The notes beneath the pieces were generated by a model. It ran no database searches, was not told the DNA's origin, and saw nothing but the letters and a program-made list of their open reading frames with translations. Below, piece after piece: positions 1-8,181 of a stretch of DNA of 64,000 bases. How positions within the stretch are numbered: position 1 is the first letter of the stretch; every line of letters begins with the position of its first letter. The translations under genes were made by a program, and so were the position numbers. Location of the stretch: the NCBI GenBank assembly GCA_016125005.1, contig WGMQ01000004.1:77249-141248 (forward strand), given 5' to 3'. This DNA is from a bacterium. Its GTDB lineage: Bacteria > Sumerlaeota > Sumerlaeia > SLMS01.

Positions 1-819
1 CGACAGCACGTTCCGCCAGCCAGCCACCAGTCGACGCGCCTCCGCCTCTTGCCCGTCGGGCATCGTGCCGTCGAACTCAGCAGCAAATCGCTTTGTCAGG
101 CTGATGACCCCATCAAGGATGACCTCGGGCTTCCAGGTGGCCGGGATGGAGGGCATGTAGACGGTGAAGGTACCTTGCGACCAAGCCAGGACGACCCCGA
201 GATCGGCGTCGCGCCAGACGCCCGGGAGGATCGGTTTGCCCATCTCGGCGAAGTCCGCGAAATCGCTGACCTCTTCGTCCGTTGCGTTGGAGCCGGAGAC
301 GGTCAGGACCAGGTGGCGCTGAAAGACCGGAAGCTTCTTCAGGTAGGAGGAGTATTGTTGGGCGACGCGGAAAGCGTCCGCGGCCGGGCGATCAAACTCG
401 GGGGCGATCATCTTGGGGATCGAAGCGGAGGATGAGCGGCGGGAGAACCACCCCTTTGGCATGTGCAGGTTGGTGAGTACATCGCCGACCTTGACGCAGA
501 ACTCGCCGAACTGCGCGATGGCGTGGTCACTGGCAGCGTCATAAGTCTTCGGATCGCACAGCGTCAGGGCCATACGCAGGTCGAAAATCGGCCCCTGAAG
601 ATTGATGTTTGTCGGCAGAGCCTGTGGCTGGGCAGCAGTCTGACGGCAATAGAGGGGGTAGAAGAACCCCTGTTCCTGGAACAGGGGTTGAATGGCCTTT
701 GCCGCTGGCTCGAAATCGGGAATCGAGGTGCAATCGAACGTGGCAATGAGTCGATTCCGCGAAGCAGGTACCATCTGTACCGGCCTGTCGACCAAGGTCT
801 TTTGGACAAGGCGGCTCAT
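1..819 (-). CDS. Hypothetical protein, partial (runs off left edge)
   Basis: ATG at 819 preceded by purine-rich AGGGG. By my manual translation the frame stays open to base 1 (MSRLVQKTLVDRPVQMVPASRNRLIATFDC...). Absent from the ORF track because there is no stop in the window. Follows sod on the same strand. Confidence 0.7.
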   Translation of the reverse strand, partial: MSRLVQKTLVDRPVQMVPASRNRLIATFDCTSIPDFEPAAKAIQPLFQEQGFFYPLYCRQTAAQPQALPTNINLQGPIFDLRMALTLCDPKTYDAASDHAIAQFGEFCVKVGDVLTNLHMPKGWFSRRSSSASIPKMIAPEFDRPAADAFRVAQQYSSYLKKLPVFQRHLVLTVSGSNATDEEVSDFADFAEMGKPILPGVWRDADLGVVLAWSQGTFTVYMPSIPATWKPEVILDGVISLTKRFAAEFDGTMPDGQEAEARRLVAGWRNVLS

Positions 820-844
820 TCAACCCCTATGACCAGAACGGCGA

Positions 845-1597
845 TCAGACCTTGGCGCGAATCAGTGCGTACCGCTCCGAAACCCGCTTCCAGTTGATGA
901 CCTGCGGGAACGCCTTCACGTAGTCCGCGCGCCGGTTCTGATACGTCAAGTAGTATGCATGCTCCCAAACGTCATTGCACAGGATCGGGAGGATGCCCCA
1001 CTGCGTTTGCAGTTGATGGTTTCGAGATTGCAGCACGACGAGCTTCGCTGCTGCAACAGAATACCCCAGGATCCCCCACCCCGATCCCTCGACCGAGGTG
1101 CAGGAAGCCGCGAACTGGGCCAGGAAGCCATCGACACTCCCGAACTCCTTGTCCAAATCCTTCTTCAGATCACCTTCCGGTGCGCCACCCTGACCCACCG
1201 GACCGATGGAGTCCCAGAAGACGCAGTGGAGAAAATGACCCGCGCCGTGGAAGGCTGCCTTGGCGAGGTGGTGGTCGAGCAGGTCGAACTTGCCGGCAGC
1301 GCGGGCTTCCGCCACGGCCGCTTCGGCGGCGATCAGGCCCTTGACGTAGCCAAGGTGGTGCTTGTCGTGGTGGAGGCTCATCGTGGCCGCGTCGATCACT
1401 GGTGCCAGCGAATCAACGGGATAGGCGAGGGGCGGAAGCTGGTAGACGCCGTTGGCGTCCACAGCGCCTGGGAAGATGGTCGACAGCGCGGCGGCGGTTG
1501 CCGGGGTGGGCGTGGCAGCGGTGACTCCGGTGGCCACGGCGGCAGCGCCGAGGACGGCGGCTGCACCGAGAAATTCTCTGCGGGAAGTGTCTAGCAT
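845..1597 (-). CDS. sod: Fe/Mn superoxide dismutase with Tat signal peptide
   Basis: Motifs LPPLAY, HHDKHH, GHFLHCVFW, GSGWG and DVWEHAYY. N-terminal SRREFLG twin-arginine motif followed by an Ala-rich h-region. Confidence 0.95.
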   Translation of the reverse strand: MLDTSRREFLGAAAVLGAAAVATGVTAATPTPATAAALSTIFPGAVDANGVYQLPPLAYPVDSLAPVIDAATMSLHHDKHHLGYVKGLIAAEAAVAEARAAGKFDLLDHHLAKAAFHGAGHFLHCVFWDSIGPVGQGGAPEGDLKKDLDKEFGSVDGFLAQFAASCTSVEGSGWGILGYSVAAAKLVVLQSRNHQLQTQWGILPILCNDVWEHAYYLTYQNRRADYVKAFPQVINWKRVSERYALIRAKV

Positions 1598-1708
1598 GCG
1601 AAAGTCCTTTCGACGGTCAGCGATTCAGCGTTAGCCGTTGCAGGATTGGGGCCGCACCGCAAGTGTGGCTATTCAAATGAGAGTCCGGAGTATCCGAACG
1701 TGGAAAAC

Positions 1709-2299
1709 ATGGACATGTTGGCCCTCGGGGCGGGAGGCGCGCTCTTGGTCGCGGGATGGCTGCTCTACTTTGCGGCGCTCTGGATCGTCGGCGGTTGTCT
1801 GTTCGGCGCGATCGGGCTCGGGCTGGGTCTACTGCTGATCGATTGGTTTGCCGTGCCCGAGCCTTGGAGCTGGGTGATGGTGGGTCTGATGGCGGCGGTG
1901 GCGGGAGCCATCGGGATCTGGGCGATCACCACCTTCCACAAGATGACATTCTTCGTGGCTGGCTTCTTTGCGGGCATGGCACTGGGCTGGGTCACCCGCG
2001 AGGCGGTGGCCGACTTTGGCCTGGAGGCGCTGCATTGGGTCGGCACCCCGGCGGGAGGAGCCGTATGGTGCGTTAGCTTGGCCGCGTTGGCAGCATTGAC
2101 CGTCACTGTCATTGACTGGCTACTAATCGCGGCGGGATCGGCTCTGGTGGGGGCCCTCATCATGACACGAGGGCTGGAGCTCTCATCCATGCAAGAACTG
2201 GGAGTCCTCGGCGGGGGCTTTCTTGTTCAGGTTGGCTTGGCCGTGTTGATTCACCGCAAGCGCTCGGTGAAGGAGAAGGAAGGGGAAGGGGAAGAGTGA
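1709..2299 (+). CDS. Polytopic membrane protein (DUF4203/TMEM198-like)
   Basis: About 6-7 Gly/Ala-rich hydrophobic segments with a charged C-terminal tail. Start at ATG 1709 is my choice within the ORF 1646..2299. Confidence 0.7.
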   Translation: MDMLALGAGGALLVAGWLLYFAALWIVGGCLFGAIGLGLGLLLIDWFAVPEPWSWVMVGLMAAVAGAIGIWAITTFHKMTFFVAGFFAGMALGWVTREAVADFGLEALHWVGTPAGGAVWCVSLAALAALTVTVIDWLLIAAGSALVGALIMTRGLELSSMQELGVLGGGFLVQVGLAVLIHRKRSVKEKEGEGEE

Positions 2300-2722
2300 T
2301 CAGGCCGCAGGCTGCTGGCCTGAGTCGGCCATCTGCATCGCTTCCATTTCCTTCTTCGTGAGCCTGGCGATCATTTTGCCGAGGGCGCGATTCATGTCGA
2401 TGAACGCGGTGTGCCAGGCGATCTGGAGCTTGCTGAAGGTTGCCTCGGGCATGGCCTTCAACGTGGACAGATTGCCAGCCTCGGCGAGGATCTTGATGAC
2501 CTCGCCCGGGTCCTTCATGAACTCGCCACACAGCTCCTGAAACTTATAATTGTTCAGTGCCAGAATCCCGATGAGTCCCTCGAACTCCTTCTCCATCTGT
2601 TCCGTGATCTGGACCTCGGAAAGGTCGTCACTGAAGAATTGGAAGAAGGCCTGCCACAGGTGGGCGTATTCACGGCAGACCGCGATCCGGTTGGGCATGC
2701 TGAGGTGCGGGTTGGGAGCCAT
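2300..2722 (-). CDS. Hypothetical helical protein, paralogue of 6242..6754
   Basis: 140-aa ORF that shares the pattern MPE-x8-WHT-x2-I-x3-R-x2-G with 6242..6754. Confidence 0.8.
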   Translation of the reverse strand: MAPNPHLSMPNRIAVCREYAHLWQAFFQFFSDDLSEVQITEQMEKEFEGLIGILALNNYKFQELCGEFMKDPGEVIKILAEAGNLSTLKAMPEATFSKLQIAWHTAFIDMNRALGKMIARLTKKEMEAMQMADSGQQPAA

Positions 2723-2750
2723 CTATGTCAGTTCCGAATGCGCGAGAGGG

Positions 2751-2882
2751 TTACTTGGGCTTTTTGAGGAGGCCCAAGGCATTGAAGATGAACAGGAGAA
2801 CCAGAACGATGCTGATGATGACAAGCAACTCGATACGGTAAACGTAGTTCAGCTTCTCAAGCAGGCCGGTGATCGCACCCAT
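2751..2882 (-). CDS. Small single-pass membrane protein (43 aa), below the ORF-track cutoff
   Basis: GGAGGA SD, ATG at 2882, TAA at 2751-2753. Translation MGAITGLLEKLNYVYRIELLVIISIVLVLLFIFNALGLLKKPK. Fills the gap between co-oriented genes. Confidence 0.8.
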   Translation of the reverse strand: MGAITGLLEKLNYVYRIELLVIISIVLVLLFIFNALGLLKKPK

Positions 2883-2907
2883 GGGCTATTCCTCCGTCGG
2901 TTGCAGG

Positions 2908-5900
2908 TCAGCGAGCAAGGGCACCGGCTCGGTTGTTCACGAGGCGGAAGCGAACCTCGTCGGAAACAAGCTGCTTCTGGACTTCGCCGACGAGGCGGTT
3001 CGAGTTGTTCATGCGGATGTAGGCCTGATCGATCAGCAGACCGGCCTCGTTGAGAGACACACGGTTAAGGATCGCGAGCTTCTCGAAATTGAGGGCGGCG
3101 ATGCGGCCTTCAGCCAAGGACTGGATGACGGCTTCGTGAATCGGGGCGAGTCCGTTCGGGACCTTGATGGCGATCGCGTCGCCGTAGAGCTTGTCAACAC
3201 CCTTGCGGAACTCGGCGGAGGAGATCTGTGTGGAGATCGCCACTGCCTGGGCGGCGCCATTGGGGCCGATGGCGAGGTCCTTCAGCTCCTGTGGCGACAG
3301 CGTGAGGATGTTGTCGTAGGCGAGCTGGAGCTTGCGGTAATCGTTGAAGAGCACCTCAACCTGACGGGAGTAGGCTTCCTGAGCCTCGCGGGCTTCGATC
3401 TCGTTGATGAGGCGAATGGCGCGATCGAGGTTCGAGTGGGCCGACTTGTAGAGACCACGCTGGTAGTCGAGCTGGGCGAAGCGGAGGCCCTCGCGGGCTT
3501 CCTTGACTTCGACCGAGGCGAACTGATCCGCGCCGCCATCCACAAGCGCGTCAAGTCGCTCACCCTGCTGCTGGGCCACGGTGGCCACCATCTCGTCGGT
3601 GGTATCGAGCGTTCCGCGGACGGAGCCCTCGAGCTTCTTCACCTCGACCATGATGAGTTCGTAGTTGTCGACGGTGTATTCGTTCTGGAGGCGGGCGATC
3701 TCGCGGCGTGCGTTGATGGCATCCTCGGGCTGGAAGAAGTTCACGCCCTGGGCGGTGCCCTGCTTCAGGTTCTCGCGGAGGTTGGCGATGCGCGTGTTGA
3801 AGTTGTGGTTCTTGGCGTCCACCGTGAGGCTGGCGGCGGTGGAGGCTGCGGAGGCAGCGCGGGAGCGGCTGGCCTCGTACTGGTTCTTGTCGAGGAGGGC
3901 GCGGGCCTCGCGAAGGTCCGTATTGGCGCGGGCGAGACGACCGTTGTCGAGTTCCCAACCGCCGACGGCCTGGGCGTTGGCGATCTCCGCTTCTGCCTCG
4001 TTGATCTTCTTGAAGAGGGCGGCGACGGCCCGGGAGGTGGCGGAGCGGGCCAGATCCTCGGCCTTCACGTAGTCGCCGTTGGCATAGACCGTCTTGGCGG
4101 AGCTGAGGAGCTTGCGGGAGTCTTCAACTTCGCGGCCGGCGTAGAGCTCGGAGCCCGCATCCTGCGCCTTGACGAGTGCCTGGCTGGCTTCGCTGATGCG
4201 ATCATCGGCAGAGAGCTGGTTGGCTTCCGATTCGGCCTGGCGGGCGAGGCCGGTTGCTTGGTCGGCCGTCTCGACGGCGAGGCCAAGGCGCTCGGCGCGG
4301 AGGTGATCACGAGCGGTCTCGATGAGCGTGGCCACTTCGTCGAGCTTGGCCCCGCGGTACTTGCGGGTCTTCTCGGAGCTGGCGGTGCTGAGCGCGGATT
4401 CGGCTTCGCGCAGGTTGACGGTGGCGCGGCCGGCGATGGCCTGGGCCATGAGTTCGACGTCGGCGCGGGCTTCAGCGGCCGTTTCGACTGCCTTCTGGTA
4501 CTCGCCCTCGGCGATCTGCTTCTTGACGGCTTCCAGCTTTTCGCTGGAGCGACCCAGCTCGGCGTTGGCGTACTGACGGGCGCCTTCGCGCTCGTAGCGG
4601 GAAATCATGCGGGCCAGTTCGATGGAGGCATTGTGGGCGACCGTGTGATAAACGGCGCCGAGGATCGTGGCGGAGAGTTCTTCCACTTCGCCGGCGAGGA
4701 TGATCGCCTCGCGGAATCGACCTTCCTGCTGGCGAAGCTCTGCGGTCACGATGCGGACGTTTGCTTCGTTGAGCTGGCCGTTGAGGTTGTTCTGGCGAAC
4801 AGCCTTCTGGGCTTCGAAGGCGCGCTCGTCGGCAGACATCTCACCGTCGATGGTCTGGAAGATGGCCTGCATGCGGTCGTAAACGCCGCGGGTGGTTTCC
4901 AGTTTGCCCTTGGCCTCGCGGATGCGGGCGATAGCGACGGCCTGGAACTGATTGCGGATGAGTTCCGTTTCGGCATCGGCCTCAACGTAGATCGCCTTCA
5001 CGGCGTCAAAGGCGGCCTCGTTGTCCTTCTCGTTCTCTGCACGCATGCGACCGAGCTTCTCGCGAAGTCCGGAGAGGGCGTTGGGGACGTATTCATTCAC
5101 GCCGCCGCGATCGAGTTCCTCGATGGCGCGGGCCTGATTTTCGATGCGCTCGCGAGCCGCGGCGCGCTTGGTCTGGACGACCAGCGTCTGGGCGTCTTCG
5201 GCGAGGCGGCTGGAAGCCTCGAGAACGGTGGTGAAGGCGCCGTCACGGAAGCTCTTGTTGAGTTCTTCAACGCGGCGTGCCAGCTCGGCATACTCGTCGG
5301 GGCGGTACGTCTCGGCGCCTTCGATCAGGGCCGTGGCGAGGAATCCTTCGATCTGTTCGAGGGCTTCGCGGGACTTTTCGGAACGGACGAGCGTGATGCC
5401 CTTGTCCGCGCGCTGGATGGCGTCGTCGAAGCGGTTGGCGGCCAGCTGGTAGTCGCGGTCACGTTCGACGATGCGGACGGCCTGATTGATGACGTCCTGC
5501 ACCTGCACGGTGATTTCGGGCGCGTAGCGGTTGCCTTCGTTCTGCCGGAGTTCGGTGAGAGCCGCGTCGGCGTCGAGGCGCTTGCGATCGGCGCGGGTCT
5601 TGACGGGGGCGAGACCGGTGGAGACTTCCGCCACCGCTTCGTCGGACAGACGAATAACGTCGTCCCACTTGTTCTGGCCATTGGCCGCATTGGCATCGGT
5701 GATGATGGTACGGATACGCGAGTAGCGCTCCGGGTCGGTACGGATCAGGTCGTTAATGTCGGCGACGCGAATTTCTTCGTTGGCGCGGGCGAGGCGAACG
5801 CTGGCTTCCTTGGGGCGAACAGCCTCAATGAGCAGGTCGGCCTCGGTGCGTGCCTGGGAGGCAGTCTCGAGGGCCAAGCCGGGGTCGGACGCCAGCAGGT

Positions 5901-6105
5901 TGCGGGCGTTTTCGAGCTGCGTCTTGAGGGCATTGACGCGGTCAGGCTCGTGAGTGAGACCGCCGTACTTCTGCTCGATCTCCGACATGATCTGGGCAGT
6001 CTTCTTCAGCGAGTTCTCCGCGCGGTATTTCTGGCAGCCGGTGAGCGGTACCACGACAAGCGCGAGGATCGCGAGGAACCATGCGAGACGTTGTTGAGCA
6101 AACAT
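2908..6105 (-). CDS. Large all-helical lipoprotein with tandem DUF4398-like repeats
   Basis: Lipobox LTG-C after a hydrophobic segment. Recurring G-x2-3-[YF]-x-P/A-x-E...L-x2-A...G-x-Y-x2-A units. GGAGG SD upstream. Confidence 0.85.
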   Translation of the reverse strand: MFAQQRLAWFLAILALVVVPLTGCQKYRAENSLKKTAQIMSEIEQKYGGLTHEPDRVNALKTQLENARNLLASDPGLALETASQARTEADLLIEAVRPKEASVRLARANEEIRVADINDLIRTDPERYSRIRTIITDANAANGQNKWDDVIRLSDEAVAEVSTGLAPVKTRADRKRLDADAALTELRQNEGNRYAPEITVQVQDVINQAVRIVERDRDYQLAANRFDDAIQRADKGITLVRSEKSREALEQIEGFLATALIEGAETYRPDEYAELARRVEELNKSFRDGAFTTVLEASSRLAEDAQTLVVQTKRAAARERIENQARAIEELDRGGVNEYVPNALSGLREKLGRMRAENEKDNEAAFDAVKAIYVEADAETELIRNQFQAVAIARIREAKGKLETTRGVYDRMQAIFQTIDGEMSADERAFEAQKAVRQNNLNGQLNEANVRIVTAELRQQEGRFREAIILAGEVEELSATILGAVYHTVAHNASIELARMISRYEREGARQYANAELGRSSEKLEAVKKQIAEGEYQKAVETAAEARADVELMAQAIAGRATVNLREAESALSTASSEKTRKYRGAKLDEVATLIETARDHLRAERLGLAVETADQATGLARQAESEANQLSADDRISEASQALVKAQDAGSELYAGREVEDSRKLLSSAKTVYANGDYVKAEDLARSATSRAVAALFKKINEAEAEIANAQAVGGWELDNGRLARANTDLREARALLDKNQYEASRSRAASAASTAASLTVDAKNHNFNTRIANLRENLKQGTAQGVNFFQPEDAINARREIARLQNEYTVDNYELIMVEVKKLEGSVRGTLDTTDEMVATVAQQQGERLDALVDGGADQFASVEVKEAREGLRFAQLDYQRGLYKSAHSNLDRAIRLINEIEAREAQEAYSRQVEVLFNDYRKLQLAYDNILTLSPQELKDLAIGPNGAAQAVAISTQISSAEFRKGVDKLYGDAIAIKVPNGLAPIHEAVIQSLAEGRIAALNFEKLAILNRVSLNEAGLLIDQAYIRMNNSNRLVGEVQKQLVSDEVRFRLVNNRAGALAR

Positions 6106-6241
6106 TCGGATTCTGCCTCCGAAAAATCGTTCTGTCCCATCTGGGACAGGCTTCCCCTCAGTGTTCTACGCTCTGCGAGAAGGTCATACGGTGCGGAGGG
6201 AGCGCAATTGATATTTCCGTATGGCCAATCGGCTGAAGGTC

Positions 6242-6754
6242 CTACACGATGTTGAGGAACTTCAGCAGCACAACAATGACAACAATGGCGACGATGGAGC
6301 CGACACCGATGGCGATGGGGACGATCGGTACTCCGCCCCCCTTGCCCTTCTTCTTGGCACCCGGGGTCTTGGGCTCCGGGGGAACATAGCCTTCGCTCAT
6401 GAACTTAAAGGCCCCGACGGTCCGACTGAGGTAGATCATCGAGGTGTGCCACTCTTTGTAGAAGTTCTTGCGGTCCATCTCCGGCATGTTGCGCATGTGG
6501 GTGATGGAGATCACATTCTTCAGCTGGCTGGACACTTCATTGGTGCGGCTGGGGAAGCGCTTCTCATCGATCTTCTGGGCAAGACGACGGACGTTTTGGG
6601 CCAAGGCACTGGTGGTTTCCCGGAACTCAACGTCTTCCTGGGGGCTGATGGGTTCTTCCGAGACGGCCTTGAGATAATACTGCCGGTACCTGATCCATTG
6701 ACCAAGGACCGACTGGGAAAGTTCGAGGACTTCGAGGATGTCTCTTTGTTTCAT
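6242..6754 (-). CDS. Hypothetical protein with C-terminal membrane anchor
   Basis: 170 aa: helical domain, Lys-rich linker (AKKKGK), C-terminal TM helix (VPIVPIAIGVGSIVAIVVIVVLL). Confidence 0.8.
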   Translation of the reverse strand: MKQRDILEVLELSQSVLGQWIRYRQYYLKAVSEEPISPQEDVEFRETTSALAQNVRRLAQKIDEKRFPSRTNEVSSQLKNVISITHMRNMPEMDRKNFYKEWHTSMIYLSRTVGAFKFMSEGYVPPEPKTPGAKKKGKGGGVPIVPIAIGVGSIVAIVVIVVLLKFLNIV

Positions 6755-6805
6755 GCGGAATGGGCGATTTCAGTGAGGTGCGCGGGCTTGGGGTTTGGGC
6801 GTGGA

Positions 6806-8092
6806 TCAGAAGTAACGGCTGCTGGCGGCGCCAATCGGCTCGCCGGTGACACCGTTGGGGTCGCCACCGTCTCCGACGACCGGTCCACCTCCGGCACCGC
6901 CGGCCCCACCAACGCCCGCCACGGTCTGGGCACCCTCAGGGAGGGCCTTGTCCGTGAAGGTCGCGGGGAGCGGAATGTTCGGCGCCTTGGGGGGCGGGGG
7001 AAGGAACGTGGGGAAGAAGGCGGACCTTAGGTTGTCGGGCTCGGTGCGGTAATCATGAAGGCGACGATCCACCCACTCGCGCAGTCGCTTGTCCTGCTCG
7101 GTTTCCAGATCGACCATGCGGGGGACGGCGGCCAGGGGGTACAGGGAGAGGGAACCGGTCAGCGGGTCAGCGCTCGTGCGGGTGATACGGATATAGCGAC
7201 CGGGATCGTCCCCGTCGAGTACCAACGCCGTCTGGCCGTAGGTGATGCGGATCGGATTGCCGAAGCTACCCTGCTCTGCGCGGAAGCGAACGCTGTTGGG
7301 GCCGACCGCTTCCAGACGGGCACGCTGGGCATCCTCGATGTCGGCGGAGCCGCTGCGCAGCACGCCGCTCGAAACCAACTCGATGTTAATGTTGTCGAGG
7401 CCGTTGAAGGCGGCGCGCCAACCGGGTGCACGATCAGGCGTGTGCTCGGTGGTGGCAACCTCAGCCAGATTGAACTTCATGGGGCTCAACTCGGAGGCGT
7501 ACTGCAGGGTCTGGATGACGCGGGTCTTGACCAGATGGACTTCCGGACTGATGTAGTTGCGATTGATGGTGATGTTGGTGTAGATGTTGTCGCCGGCAAC
7601 GGCGTCGTTCCCCTGCTTGCCGTCGTCATAGTAGCTGCCAACCTTCGAGACCACGATGTTGATCTCGCGAGCGTCCTGAAGGACCTGGCCGGTACGGTGG
7701 CAGATGATGCGCTCGCCGCCCCAGGCGGAGAGTTCGGCCTCGGCCACGGGGCTGAGGGGAATCGGTCCGGAGGCGAGGCCAAAGGGGCTTGGCCCTGCTC
7801 CGAAGGGGCTCGGGGTATTGCCACCAAAGGAACTGAAACCGCCGCCGCCTTCCGCTCCAAAGGGGTTGGCAGCGGGATCGGAGGCGCCGAAAGGGCTCCC
7901 TTGAGTGGCCGCGACGGCGCCGCGGGCTCGATCAAGGGCGCCACCGAAGGCTGCACCATCACCAACGGAGCCGCTGTTGAGCGTGTCCAAGGCCTCCGGC
8001 GGTGCAAATCCACCGGCAAGTTGGGCGTGGGCGGGCACCGTGGCGCCTGCGGCCGCGGTGACCAGTGCGATGACGAGCAAGTTGCGAATCAT
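6806..8092 (-). CDS. Secreted protein with PFG low-complexity region and a choice-of-anchor X-like motif
   Basis: GGAGG SD, then MIRNLLVIALVTAAAGATVPAHA-Q signal peptide. SPFG/NPFG repeats. YDDGKQGNDAVAGDNIYT resembles the DDG-x-GD-x-AGDG-x-YT motif. Confidence 0.75.
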   Translation of the reverse strand: MIRNLLVIALVTAAAGATVPAHAQLAGGFAPPEALDTLNSGSVGDGAAFGGALDRARGAVAATQGSPFGASDPAANPFGAEGGGGFSSFGGNTPSPFGAGPSPFGLASGPIPLSPVAEAELSAWGGERIICHRTGQVLQDAREINIVVSKVGSYYDDGKQGNDAVAGDNIYTNITINRNYISPEVHLVKTRVIQTLQYASELSPMKFNLAEVATTEHTPDRAPGWRAAFNGLDNINIELVSSGVLRSGSADIEDAQRARLEAVGPNSVRFRAEQGSFGNPIRITYGQTALVLDGDDPGRYIRITRTSADPLTGSLSLYPLAAVPRMVDLETEQDKRLREWVDRRLHDYRTEPDNLRSAFFPTFLPPPPKAPNIPLPATFTDKALPEGAQTVAGVGGAGGAGGGPVVGDGGDPNGVTGEPIGAASSRYF

Positions 8093-8181
8093 GCCGTTAC
8101 GACCTCCTGCCTCATGCTGCGTGCGACTTTGGGAAAAGATTCGAGGATTGCCGGGGAAGGGTGCCAACCAAATTATGCGGA

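Noticed and set aside
2869-6255. 1128-aa plus-strand ORF
   Set aside because: Antisense shadow of the lipoprotein gene. High GC3 bias keeps the opposite frame open, and it has no motifs.
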